Virus record (IMG/VR): IMGVR_UViG_3300027881_000007
Span: 1 to 64,000 of that record
Source of the DNA: a virus
Reading direction: 5' to 3' (one strand)
DNA length: 64,000 nt
The number at the start of each line of letters is the position of its first letter. The first letter of the stretch is position 1. Of this stretch, positions 1 through 8,700 are shown in pieces. Under the pieces are notes generated by a model, which was not told the origin of the DNA, searched no databases, and worked only from the letters and a program-made list of their open reading frames with translations. The position numbers and the translations under genes were made by a program.

Positions 1-282
1 GTTTCAACATCACATGCTTATGATCTAAATTTCTGTCGTGGTAAAATTAGTTACATCTACGACCAGACAGATAATACTCTCGCCGTTGATGGACCACATG
101 AGTGCAGACAAGAAATGCTTGTCGATGGTTACTGGCGTGCAATGAATCACTTTGGGCAATATGTCATTGTACAATACGACTATTACCTTAAACCTGTAGC
201 TGTTAAAGGCATCCGGCAGGCAGTTGCAAGATACGATGTATTTACTTTCAGTCAGTCAAAAATAGGAGAGGAGGTTAACTAG
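1..282 (+). CDS. hypothetical protein, 5' partial
   Basis: Frame 1 is open from base 1 to TAG at 280-282 (VSTSHAYDLNFC...KIGEEVN*), abutting the next gene. Confidence 0.6.
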   Translation, partial: VSTSHAYDLNFCRGKISYIYDQTDNTLAVDGPHECRQEMLVDGYWRAMNHFGQYVIVQYDYYLKPVAVKGIRQAVARYDVFTFSQSKIGEEVN

Positions 283-283
283 T

Positions 284-730
284 ATGGATTTATCACAATC
301 GACTGAGACAGAGTTAAAGAAGTTCCTTGACACAAAGGAGTTGGAACTGGCAGAAAGTTTGTTGGAATGTGAAGTGGTTGAGGCCGGTCAAACTCATGTT
401 CTAAAACGTCTCAAGATAAGGGTCAAAGCGCTTATGCCTACGGTCTACACTTACATGACCAATGTCTATTGTGCTCACACCAAAGATATCAGTGTTGGTG
501 GCGCCTACATCTTGACCAACGACCCTCCCCCAATTGGAGCGAAGATTGCGTTAACACTACGGATAACTACTCCATTTAGATTGGACCTAGGGACGATTGG
601 TGCAAGAGTCGTTCGCGTTAATGAGGTCTATGGTCGAGAAGAAGCAGGTTTTGCAGTAGAGTTTGAAAACCTGACTCCAGACCATATAAAGATTCTATTC
701 AAGTTTGTAAATGAAAGCTTGAAAGTCTGA
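284..730 (+). CDS. PilZ domain protein
   Basis: DISVGGAYI (D/NxSxxG), ARVVRV and GFAVEFENL; RxxxR switch looks degenerate; GAGGAGG RBS. Confidence 0.8.
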   Translation: MDLSQSTETELKKFLDTKELELAESLLECEVVEAGQTHVLKRLKIRVKALMPTVYTYMTNVYCAHTKDISVGGAYILTNDPPPIGAKIALTLRITTPFRLDLGTIGARVVRVNEVYGREEAGFAVEFENLTPDHIKILFKFVNESLKV

Positions 731-742
731 AAGGAGTTAACC

Positions 743-1105
743 GTGGAAGAAACCCTTACAAATGAAAGACAAGTTGTAAAAGCGCACGTCGTCAAAAGGA
801 GGAGAACAAGGGTAGATGTGACTTTACCCGTCAGGTTCACTAATCTAGGAGGAGAGTTCAGACACGCCAGGACCAAGAACATTAGCACTGGTGGTGCATA
901 CATCTGCAATGAAACTGCCATGATGCCAGTTAATACCTTCACTAACTTGTGTATTGACCTGCCAGGTGAACCGCCAATACTGGTCTATGCTCAAGTAGTC
1001 TGGACTAACCGCTTTGGTTTCGGTGTCAGGTTTATGAACCTGGATCCTAAGGACAAGGACAAGATCAGAAACATAATCAGAAACAATGGCAAGATAACAT
1101 TTTAG
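743..1105 (+). CDS. PilZ domain protein (c-di-GMP receptor motifs intact)
   Basis: RRRTR (RxxxR), NISTGG (NxSxxG), AQVVW and GFGVRF; AAGGAG RBS with GTG start. Confidence 0.88.
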   Translation: MEETLTNERQVVKAHVVKRRRTRVDVTLPVRFTNLGGEFRHARTKNISTGGAYICNETAMMPVNTFTNLCIDLPGEPPILVYAQVVWTNRFGFGVRFMNLDPKDKDKIRNIIRNNGKITF

Positions 1106-1119
1106 GAGGATGTTGCCTT

Positions 1120-1299
1120 ATGAATTACTACGAGAGAATCATTCGGAAAGGAGCGATGGCAGCAGACAACTACAGGAAAAAGGAAACTCCCATTGAAGGA
1201 TTGAATGTAACTGAGCAGGAACTTGAGGAGTTGGATTTGGACGCCCTCATGCTCATCGAAGGTTTGGGAAATCCTTTCGATCCTGTTATTGAGGACTAA
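1120..1299 (+). CDS. small acidic hypothetical protein (59 aa, not in ORF track)
   Basis: AGGAGGA RBS at 1104-1110; MNYYERIIRKG...DPVIED*. Confidence 0.65.
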   Translation: MNYYERIIRKGAMAADNYRKKETPIEGLNVTEQELEELDLDALMLIEGLGNPFDPVIED

Positions 1300-1302
1300 G
1301 TT

Positions 1303-1350
1303 AACAACGAAAAAAATAACCCCCGAATTTACACCCGAGGGTTATTTTTT
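1303..1350. terminator. bidirectional intrinsic terminator, copy 1
   Basis: A-run-TAACCC...GGGTTA-T-run hairpin; near-identical to 1840-1885. Confidence 0.7.
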
Positions 1351-1368
1351 ATAAAGAGGAGTGACCCT

Positions 1369-1836
1369 ATGAAAAAACTTTGGTTTTTGGCACTGTTGGG
1401 AATAGCAGTCTTATCTTGCGGACCCACAAATGCACAACTGAGGGCGCAGACAAGTCTTCCCTCTATACCTGAAGAAGCTAAACCTAAGGCAAAGATACAG
1501 TGCAAGATTGTCGTCAAGCGTTATGCAGTTTCGGAAAAATCCCACAAACCTGTTCCGGACACAAAAGTTATCATTGTCAAGGATCAGTCTGATCTCCCTA
1601 GGCCGGCCAGATATCTTGTACTAGGTTCGATGACTGTGGAAGCTGGGAAAGATTGTTTTGTAGTTGAGATCATTGATGCTATAAAGGCTGGAGCGGGAAC
1701 CTATGGAGCAAATTACGTACTACCTTGGACCGCACAAGAGGGAACTGACGAACAAGTTGCTGGTCCTGGATTAGGAGTTGAAGGAGATACTTCAAGCGCT
1801 TATATCTTGCTTAGGTCAAAAGAACTATCTATATGA
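1369..1836 (+). CDS. lipoprotein of unknown function
   Basis: Signal peptide with lipobox (MKKLWFLALLGIAVLS-C); GAGGAG RBS. Confidence 0.75.
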   Translation: MKKLWFLALLGIAVLSCGPTNAQLRAQTSLPSIPEEAKPKAKIQCKIVVKRYAVSEKSHKPVPDTKVIIVKDQSDLPRPARYLVLGSMTVEAGKDCFVVEIIDAIKAGAGTYGANYVLPWTAQEGTDEQVAGPGLGVEGDTSSAYILLRSKELSI

Positions 1837-1839
1837 TCA

Positions 1840-1885
1840 AACAACGAAAAAATAACCCCCGAGTTTTCACCCGAGGGTTATTTTT
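1840..1885. terminator. bidirectional intrinsic terminator, copy 2, between convergent gene blocks
   Basis: AAAAAATAACCC...GGGTTATTTTT hairpin between the lipoprotein (+) and sheath (-) genes. Confidence 0.75.
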
Positions 1886-1904
1886 GTGCTTATTTTTTTT
1901 GGTT

Positions 1905-3887
1905 TTAGACGATGAAGAAGTTAAGTTCGATCTTCTCGACAACTCGCGTTGGATCCAGTATAATGTTAACGTGGAAGGTCTTCCTCTTCCTCTCATATTC
2001 AGTTGCACCAACTTCTACGTTGAAGTTGTACAAGCCTCTTCGCTTCCTAATGTCCTCTAAGAACAGAACAATATCACCTGATACCTGACTCCAGGTCAGC
2101 TGATCATTTTGCTCAAAGATGAAGTACCTACAGTACTCCTCAAGGGCCCTCTTGATGTAGAGAACCAGTCGGACAATGTTCAGGTCTTGCAAGGCACTTG
2201 CCTTTGCCTGACTTGTCAACTGACCCCAGACAACATAACCCGGGTTGAACTTCACAATTGGATTCAGCTGTTTGAGGTACATCTGGTCTCTCTGACCCAA
2301 CTTAGGATTGTAGCGGAGTTCTTTGATAGTATCAATTGCTGCTCGGTTGAAACCTGCAATAGCAAACCAGACTTCGGTTAAAGCATCATTTCTTGGCAAC
2401 AGATAAGACATATGGTACATTGGAGAGAACCATACATCTCTACCAGTGAAGATATCAAAGACCTTATTATAAGACTCATACAGAGCAACAAAGTAGTTGT
2501 TGAATGTATTAACGTCTGTCCTCTCTGAAATGGCAGAATTAAATGTGGGGTTGTCACCATTGTCAAGAATACCCACACAGTCACGCCTCGTTTGACACAG
2601 AGAAGAGATTTGCTGCTTGACTGAATTTGGATAACCAGCATCAAACACTGCGCTGATATAGATGTTCTCAGTGTCTAGTACATCATCAACCTGAGAAGAT
2701 CCATCTACTGTGCTAGTTAGAGCACCAGCATAAGCCTGAGCTAACAGTGTGGTTGCTTCTACAGTATCAAGGGTACCTGTTGCATCAATCAAATCGCCCT
2801 CTGAACCATATTTCAATGGAACAGGTTCTGCTGAGGTAAATGCATTTGCGATACTTGTATTTGACTGTCTGATTTCATAAGTAATAGCTGAAACCTCATC
2901 AAATACTGAGACATCGCCAACCCAAGATTGAGATGCACCTGTGAGGTTGCGAGCATCAAATACATTGACTGTATCGTCCTCTGAACCTCCAGCGGCACCT
3001 AACCATCCATAGAGTTGATTACCTCGGGCATCTTTTGCAACAACCATGTAAGTTGAATTTCCGGCCTCAGCTACATTTTCCCAGTCACTAAAAACTTGTT
3101 TGTTATCAGTGATGGTGGCTGAACCTGCAGTTTCAACTATGGTTACTGTACCAATATCTTTGTCGTAGCGTCTTGAGAGTATGTTATAACCTTCAGTCCA
3201 CTCACCGTTGGCCCTCACCATGTCTGCTCTTAAAAGAGTTGAGTAAGTATTAAGAACATCCATAATGAATAATGAGCTACCGGTGTCATCTTGAGCTTCT
3301 GGTCTGAAAGATATCTCAAAAGATTCTACAATAACATCATCTCCATCTGACTGTTTCTCATAAATATCCATCACGTAAACATCATTGAGTAGAGGATTCG
3401 AGATTTCAACAATTCTGATGGCAAGGTTGTTGTACCACTGACCTCTCCCTATTGGATAGATAAAACATAGGGGATAAGTGTCGCCAACAGCCTCTAGATT
3501 TGTAGTGATTTCTAACAATGAGTTTAGTGAATCGTCGTAACTAATTACAACTGAAGCTGTTGCATCAACAGCTGCGTAACTAGCATCAATTCTTATATTC
3601 GCAAATGTAGCATTATCCGGCAGTGGCCGAGTGAAGTACATTGCTCCAGATTCACCCAGGTAATTGTAGGCACAGTATAGACCTTGACCATAACTCTGTC
3701 CATAGGTTTCGATTTTTGGTTCACCATATTCACCGATTAATTCACTACGAGAACCAATGAATTTGAAAACATTGTCCTCGCCCTTCTCTGCCAACGCAAC
3801 GAAGTAACCAATTGTTCCAGGTACAGCTTGTACATACGTTGACAGATCAATAATTTTGGTATATACACCTGGAGAGATATTTGGCAT
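1905..3887 (-). CDS. contractile tail sheath protein
   Basis: N-terminal SPGVYTKIIDLS; C-terminal WFAIAGFNRA, LNPIV, VVWGQLT, LNIVRLVLYIK, FEQND, typical of sheath proteins. Confidence 0.95.
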   Translation of the reverse strand: MPNISPGVYTKIIDLSTYVQAVPGTIGYFVALAEKGEDNVFKFIGSRSELIGEYGEPKIETYGQSYGQGLYCAYNYLGESGAMYFTRPLPDNATFANIRIDASYAAVDATASVVISYDDSLNSLLEITTNLEAVGDTYPLCFIYPIGRGQWYNNLAIRIVEISNPLLNDVYVMDIYEKQSDGDDVIVESFEISFRPEAQDDTGSSLFIMDVLNTYSTLLRADMVRANGEWTEGYNILSRRYDKDIGTVTIVETAGSATITDNKQVFSDWENVAEAGNSTYMVVAKDARGNQLYGWLGAAGGSEDDTVNVFDARNLTGASQSWVGDVSVFDEVSAITYEIRQSNTSIANAFTSAEPVPLKYGSEGDLIDATGTLDTVEATTLLAQAYAGALTSTVDGSSQVDDVLDTENIYISAVFDAGYPNSVKQQISSLCQTRRDCVGILDNGDNPTFNSAISERTDVNTFNNYFVALYESYNKVFDIFTGRDVWFSPMYHMSYLLPRNDALTEVWFAIAGFNRAAIDTIKELRYNPKLGQRDQMYLKQLNPIVKFNPGYVVWGQLTSQAKASALQDLNIVRLVLYIKRALEEYCRYFIFEQNDQLTWSQVSGDIVLFLEDIRKRRGLYNFNVEVGATEYERKRKTFHVNIILDPTRVVEKIELNFFIV

Positions 3888-3994
3888 ATGCAGTTCCTCC
3901 TAATCCTTCTCTCTCTCTAGTTAGCACACTCTAATAGAAGTCATCCTTTCTCTCGGTGTATATTTCTTAAATCCCTTTTTTTTGTTTCTCTACT

Positions 3995-4657
3995 CTAGAA
4001 ATAGATATACCACACAAAAACTAGCTGACGAGTAACATCTTTTACAATTGTAGGAAATGTGACTCTGGCAAATAAACTAAATGGACCTGACTCGCCTCCT
4101 GATTTACTTGGGGCTACATAGAGTCCTGCTTCACTTAACAATTCACCATTTGCATCTGCAGATCCAATTGTCGTCGTAACTTGTGCTATTAACCACTGGT
4201 CGTCATTTGCGTCATCCTGCTGATAGACAACTGTGTCAATCGGATGCTTGTAATAGAAACCACCACGAAAGTCACCATAACTAGTGTCGGTCGAACTTAT
4301 CGGCACTTCACTGGCCATGTCAGTATCAGTGTTGGTCGGCAAAATCGGATCTAGTGGATCACCTGGCGTAACTCCTCCATCTCCCAGGCCTAGCCACCCA
4401 ATAAAATCCTCTTTAACTGGTACTACACTTGCGTTATCAACATTGAAAACTCTTACGGCTACAAATTCACGTCCAAGGTAAACCACAAGGTTTTCGCTGG
4501 AGTATATTTTCTTTCGCTCTCCATCTACTTCTTCAAAAACCTCGACTCTACCCATAGGTTTCCGGAGAACTTTTTCCTTCACATCCATACCATCACCAAA
4601 ACAGTGCTCTCCGTATTCGTCACTTACCTCAACGCGAATCGTTTCTACTTTGCTCAT
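3995..4657 (-). CDS. baseplate/tail-fibre attachment structural protein
   Basis: NLVVxxGR, GLGDGG, SEAGLY and LFARVTFPTIVK motifs seen in myovirus baseplate/collar proteins; next to sheath. Confidence 0.6.
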   Translation of the reverse strand: MSKVETIRVEVSDEYGEHCFGDGMDVKEKVLRKPMGRVEVFEEVDGERKKIYSSENLVVYLGREFVAVRVFNVDNASVVPVKEDFIGWLGLGDGGVTPGDPLDPILPTNTDTDMASEVPISSTDTSYGDFRGGFYYKHPIDTVVYQQDDANDDQWLIAQVTTTIGSADANGELLSEAGLYVAPSKSGGESGPFSLFARVTFPTIVKDVTRQLVFVWYIYF

Positions 4658-4688
4658 GGTTAAATCCTCTTTACTGAGATTGTTTTTA

Positions 4689-4699
4689 ATTTGTTCTAA
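4689..4699 (-). promoter_or_regulatory. putative late promoter motif TTAGAACAAAT
   Basis: One of 8 intergenic copies of TRGAAYAWAT upstream of virion-type genes. Confidence 0.55.
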
Positions 4700-4714
4700 T
4701 ATAAATACAAATTA

Positions 4715-4731
4715 AGTAGTCGCTCGCTACT
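4715..4731. repeat. 17-bp inverted repeat arm, 3' of gene 4739-5659
   Basis: agtagtcgctcgctact is the reverse complement of 5721-5737 at 16/17 positions. Confidence 0.8.
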
Positions 4732-4738
4732 AGTTTAA

Positions 4739-5659
4739 TTAGAATAGGGCGGTCCCACATTTAGCACAGTAGTCGGCACTTGACTTCGACTTGGTACCGC
4801 AAGTTGGACAGTTTACCCTAGACCTAACGGTAACTGGTTTTTCGACCTTAGTCTTATTGGCCTTGGTTCCTCTGAGTTTCAACACAAGGATGTGCGAGTT
4901 AGACTCAAGTTCACCATGAGAACCAAAGTTGAATGACTGATTAGATGCTGAACCAGGAACTGTGATACCTTCATCCTCGGCGGGTTTAGCACTTTCTTGA
5001 ACAGCATCTTGACTAGTAACAAAACCAGCTGCCTGTGTTTCACTCCCAATGGAGCAATTCATCAATTGAACATCACTCGACTGATTGTGATTGAAAGTTC
5101 CTACTTTAGTTTCATCATCAGAGTTTGTAAATGTATAGTTAACTGAGGAATCATCATCTGTTTTAATGGTTGTCCCACCATAGTAATACCTTGTGCAAGA
5201 ACAGGGATCACAGTAGCAACCAGTACAACGAGGATACCAGTATGGCCAAGGTTGATAAGGTCGCCAAGGTTCAGTAATAACTCTCCTTCGCCTGATGACC
5301 TCTTCATACTCGATCTTCTTTTCAAACCTGTACTCTACTCTGATAATCCCGTCATCTATACGGTCACCACGATGTTCAACTATCTCCTCAGTCTTTTGAA
5401 TAAATCGAAATCTATTCTTAACTTCATATCCCTTCAAGAAACCTTCAAGTTCACATTGAGAGTTAGGTTGAAGGATAAGAGACCCATCAATGGCATCCTG
5501 TCCATCAACGGTAACTTTGACAACTGCTATTCTTGATTCAAGGTTTTTCAATAGAAGGGAATACTCTGAACCAAATGGCAGGGTGACAGTATCATCCTTT
5601 TCTCTCAGGACTTTACCGCCACATTTGATAACGGCAACGAAGCGATCTTTATACACCAT
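4739..5659 (-). CDS. hypothetical protein with C-terminal double zinc ribbon
   Basis: LPFGSEYSLLLKN N-terminal domain, Cys-rich middle, C-terminal CPTC...CAKC; AAGGAGG RBS. Confidence 0.8.
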   Translation of the reverse strand: MVYKDRFVAVIKCGGKVLREKDDTVTLPFGSEYSLLLKNLESRIAVVKVTVDGQDAIDGSLILQPNSQCELEGFLKGYEVKNRFRFIQKTEEIVEHRGDRIDDGIIRVEYRFEKKIEYEEVIRRRRVITEPWRPYQPWPYWYPRCTGCYCDPCSCTRYYYGGTTIKTDDDSSVNYTFTNSDDETKVGTFNHNQSSDVQLMNCSIGSETQAAGFVTSQDAVQESAKPAEDEGITVPGSASNQSFNFGSHGELESNSHILVLKLRGTKANKTKVEKPVTVRSRVNCPTCGTKSKSSADYCAKCGTALF

Positions 5660-5720
5660 GACTACCTCCTTTTACAGGGCACCGTCTAAACCCTCAATGT
5701 TTAAAGACGATTGGAGTTTA

Positions 5721-5737
5721 AGTAACGAGCGACTACT
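5721..5737. repeat. 17-bp inverted repeat arm, 5' of gene 4739-5659
   Basis: agtaacgagcgactact; pairs with 4715-4731. Confidence 0.8.
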
Positions 5738-5743
5738 CTATTT

Positions 5744-5754
5744 ATTTGTTCTAA
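5744..5754 (-). promoter_or_regulatory. putative late promoter motif TTAGAACAAAT
   Basis: Recurrent intergenic motif. Confidence 0.55.
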
Positions 5755-5772
5755 TATTTCAGTTATATTTAA

Positions 5773-8700
5773 CTAAAATGAATATTCAATAACCAGCTCC
5801 GGTACTAATCCTGAAGCAGAGTAATTACAGTATGCAATAAGTAATGAAGTAGGACCAACATTAAGATAATCATGGTCATATTCTCGTGTACAGAACATTG
5901 CGTATTGACCTATTATATCAATTATACTTTGTAAATAAGCTACTCCTGCTACATTCAAGTCCATCTCGTTCCAACCTAAATTGTCCCAAGGCGAGAATGA
6001 GTCAATTAGTAGTGGACCAGTGAATGCCTGATAATCATTAACTGTAACATCTAGAGGGTTAGAGAGAGTTGCTTCTTGCGCACATAATGCAATTGGAGAA
6101 AACGTCTTCCAGCCGTGAACTCTCAACTTTGCTGATAAAACTGTCACATTAATTAATGCAGTGGTATCGAATGTGAAGAAACCTCTAGCACACTGAAAAG
6201 CAGCATTATGTACTAAAGCACAAGAACTATTTGCTAGACCAGGAGAATCCGCTGAGTCTGCAACAGCCTTGTCTCTTGTGGTAGGCCAGTCTACATCAGT
6301 TCCATAAACTCTCCCATCATAAGCTGCTGTAATTGTCATAAAGTCTATAGTGGTTGTCGTAGTAGTCGCAGTAGTAGTCGTAGTCGTAGTAGTAGTTGTA
6401 GGAGCTGGAGGCAGAGTCGTAGTCGCAGTTGTAGTAGTCGTAACTGTGGTAGTGGTAGTAATTATCGCAGTTGAATCTTGTATATAAATCTGACAAACAT
6501 CCTTACCGCCCATACAGTCAAATAAACCTTCTTCATCAAAATCTTGCCATCCACCAGCCATGTAACCATAGAGATAGAAAGGATCCTCTGGAGGCGTAGG
6601 ATCTGGAACAGGTGGAGAGGTAAGAACCGTATACTCTTCATCTACCCACTGGAGTGGTTCATCAACCCACTGGGTCTCCCACGCCGGACTACTATTAATC
6701 CATTGAGATAAGAGTACCTCAATTGGAACACATTCAGACTCATCATCTATCCATTGTCCTTCTTCTTCTACCCACTGTTCCTCTTGACCAGTCCACTGAC
6801 ATATATCAGGTGGGAGTGTAGTACTCAGAGTTATAGTTGTTGTTGAGTCGAAGTCAAAATCAACTACTGCCGATCCATCAGGCAAGCACATATAGAAATC
6901 ATGTACGTCCTGACGCACTGTAAGACGCATATCATCTAAGTCGTCTGCAATTCCTGTATCATAATATGAACCACAGTCATAAGTTCGTCTTGAATAATAT
7001 AGACCAGCAGTTGAATCACAAGTTATGTACGGATATGCACAACATGATGTACTATCAGCAGCAGGTGTATCAACAACTGTCTGATAAATGATCATTGAAG
7101 ACGAATCATCAAGTATAACCGAATCAAATAGAGCATCATCAAATACCAGTGCAGACTCGAAGAAAGCAAGTCTTGCCCTATAAGGTTTAAAGAAATCAAT
7201 TACCTGTTTGATCAAGAATGGGATGCCTGCGGTAGCTCCACCAATGTTTGGATAGGCCCCGAAGTGTTCAAGTATCCATTGATGCAAGTCTGTAAACAGA
7301 TACTCTATTAGTGTGGCGTCTTCACCAGCATCAAACCAACTATCAATGTCAGCCTTTAGGGCTGGATTTATTGCATTTAGAATTGCTTCGGCAGCATCTG
7401 GATCAACTTGGTAAGGAGGACTATTAAATACTCTTGACCAATTCTCCTTAAATATTTCCAGTTTAGCTTTTCTTTCCTCTCTTGATTCAGGTCGAATATT
7501 GACTAAGGCCTCAAACTCTGCATCAGCTTCCTCTATAGTACCAATTACATCTTTGTTGTACTCCAGATTCCGTGGTTGTTCAGTAGTCGTTGTCACAGTA
7601 GTCGTTACAGTAGTGGTCGTAGTTGTTGCTGTGGTAGTCGTACTTGGAACTGGAGTTGTACTAGTCGTAGTAGTTGTAGTCGTGGTGGTTGTTAGTGGAG
7701 TACCTTCAAAATCATCAAACTCAACAACAAACTGAACGTATGGTGGAATCGTGGTTGTAGTTGTTGGTAGTGGTGGTAGAGTAGTAGACGCAGTAGTTGT
7801 AGTGGTTGTAGTCGTAGTTGAAGATGGACTCCAGAAGCTAAAGTAATCAAAGTCAACTACAAATTCACCAGGAACAGTAGTAGTTGTGGTAGTCGGAAGT
7901 GGGGGTAAAGTAGTAGTTACAGTCGAAGTAGTCGTGGTAGTTACAAAATCACCCTCTTCTCTCAAAGGACTAAATGATACCAATTCAGTTTCTACTTCAT
8001 TACCTAAACCCAAGAGTGGTTGATAGTACATAGGACAAGGAGTAATACAGCGGTAATTGTACTGAACAGCATTACTATTTGTATAGGCTACGTCAATTGC
8101 AGGAGTGCAACCACCCACTGGAGTACAACTTGATTTGTGGTACCACAGAAATGGTTGTTGAGGTCCGCTAGGCTGTTGATTGGTGAAATAACCGTCTCCG
8201 ACTGGACCATCCCATCTAATTTGAAGAACTCCAAACTGGCTAACATCATGCTGAGTATCTTTTTGACAATAGAATCCAGCGAAACCGGTTCCCGGGTAGA
8301 GGTTTGGACCTACTACAGTAGGTGTGAGTAGCCATCCGCCAGATCCTGCAAGGTAAGTATGTATAATGTTAAAGCTCGAATCTTCCCAGAAAATGTGCAT
8401 GCCAAAAATATCATCTAAAGTAACTCGGTGGCCGACAGATTCTAAACTAGTACCAGGTATTTTTGTCGGAGTGCTAAATGAACCAAGTGATTGTCTACTA
8501 TAATATATACCTGGATCAGGTCCAGAAGTTATTGTAATAAGAATAATATTCCCATAATTAGATTTGTACATCCTAGCAAAAGTATCAAATTGACCAACAC
8601 CTGAATCCCAATTTAACTGTTGGACCCAAGGATCGGCCATATGATACCAACTTCCGCCAGATAGTTCATAACTACCCAGGTTGTTCCAGGCTTCCCACAC

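Noticed and set aside
1833-2381. Plus-strand ORFs overlapping the sheath 3' end
   Set aside because: Antisense to a confident gene and crossing a terminator
1905-5659. Bacterial contractile injection system (eCIS, T6SS or tailocin) instead of a phage
   Set aside because: The context is dense phage-type small ORFs, a tRNA and capsid-leader proteins, with no host housekeeping genes
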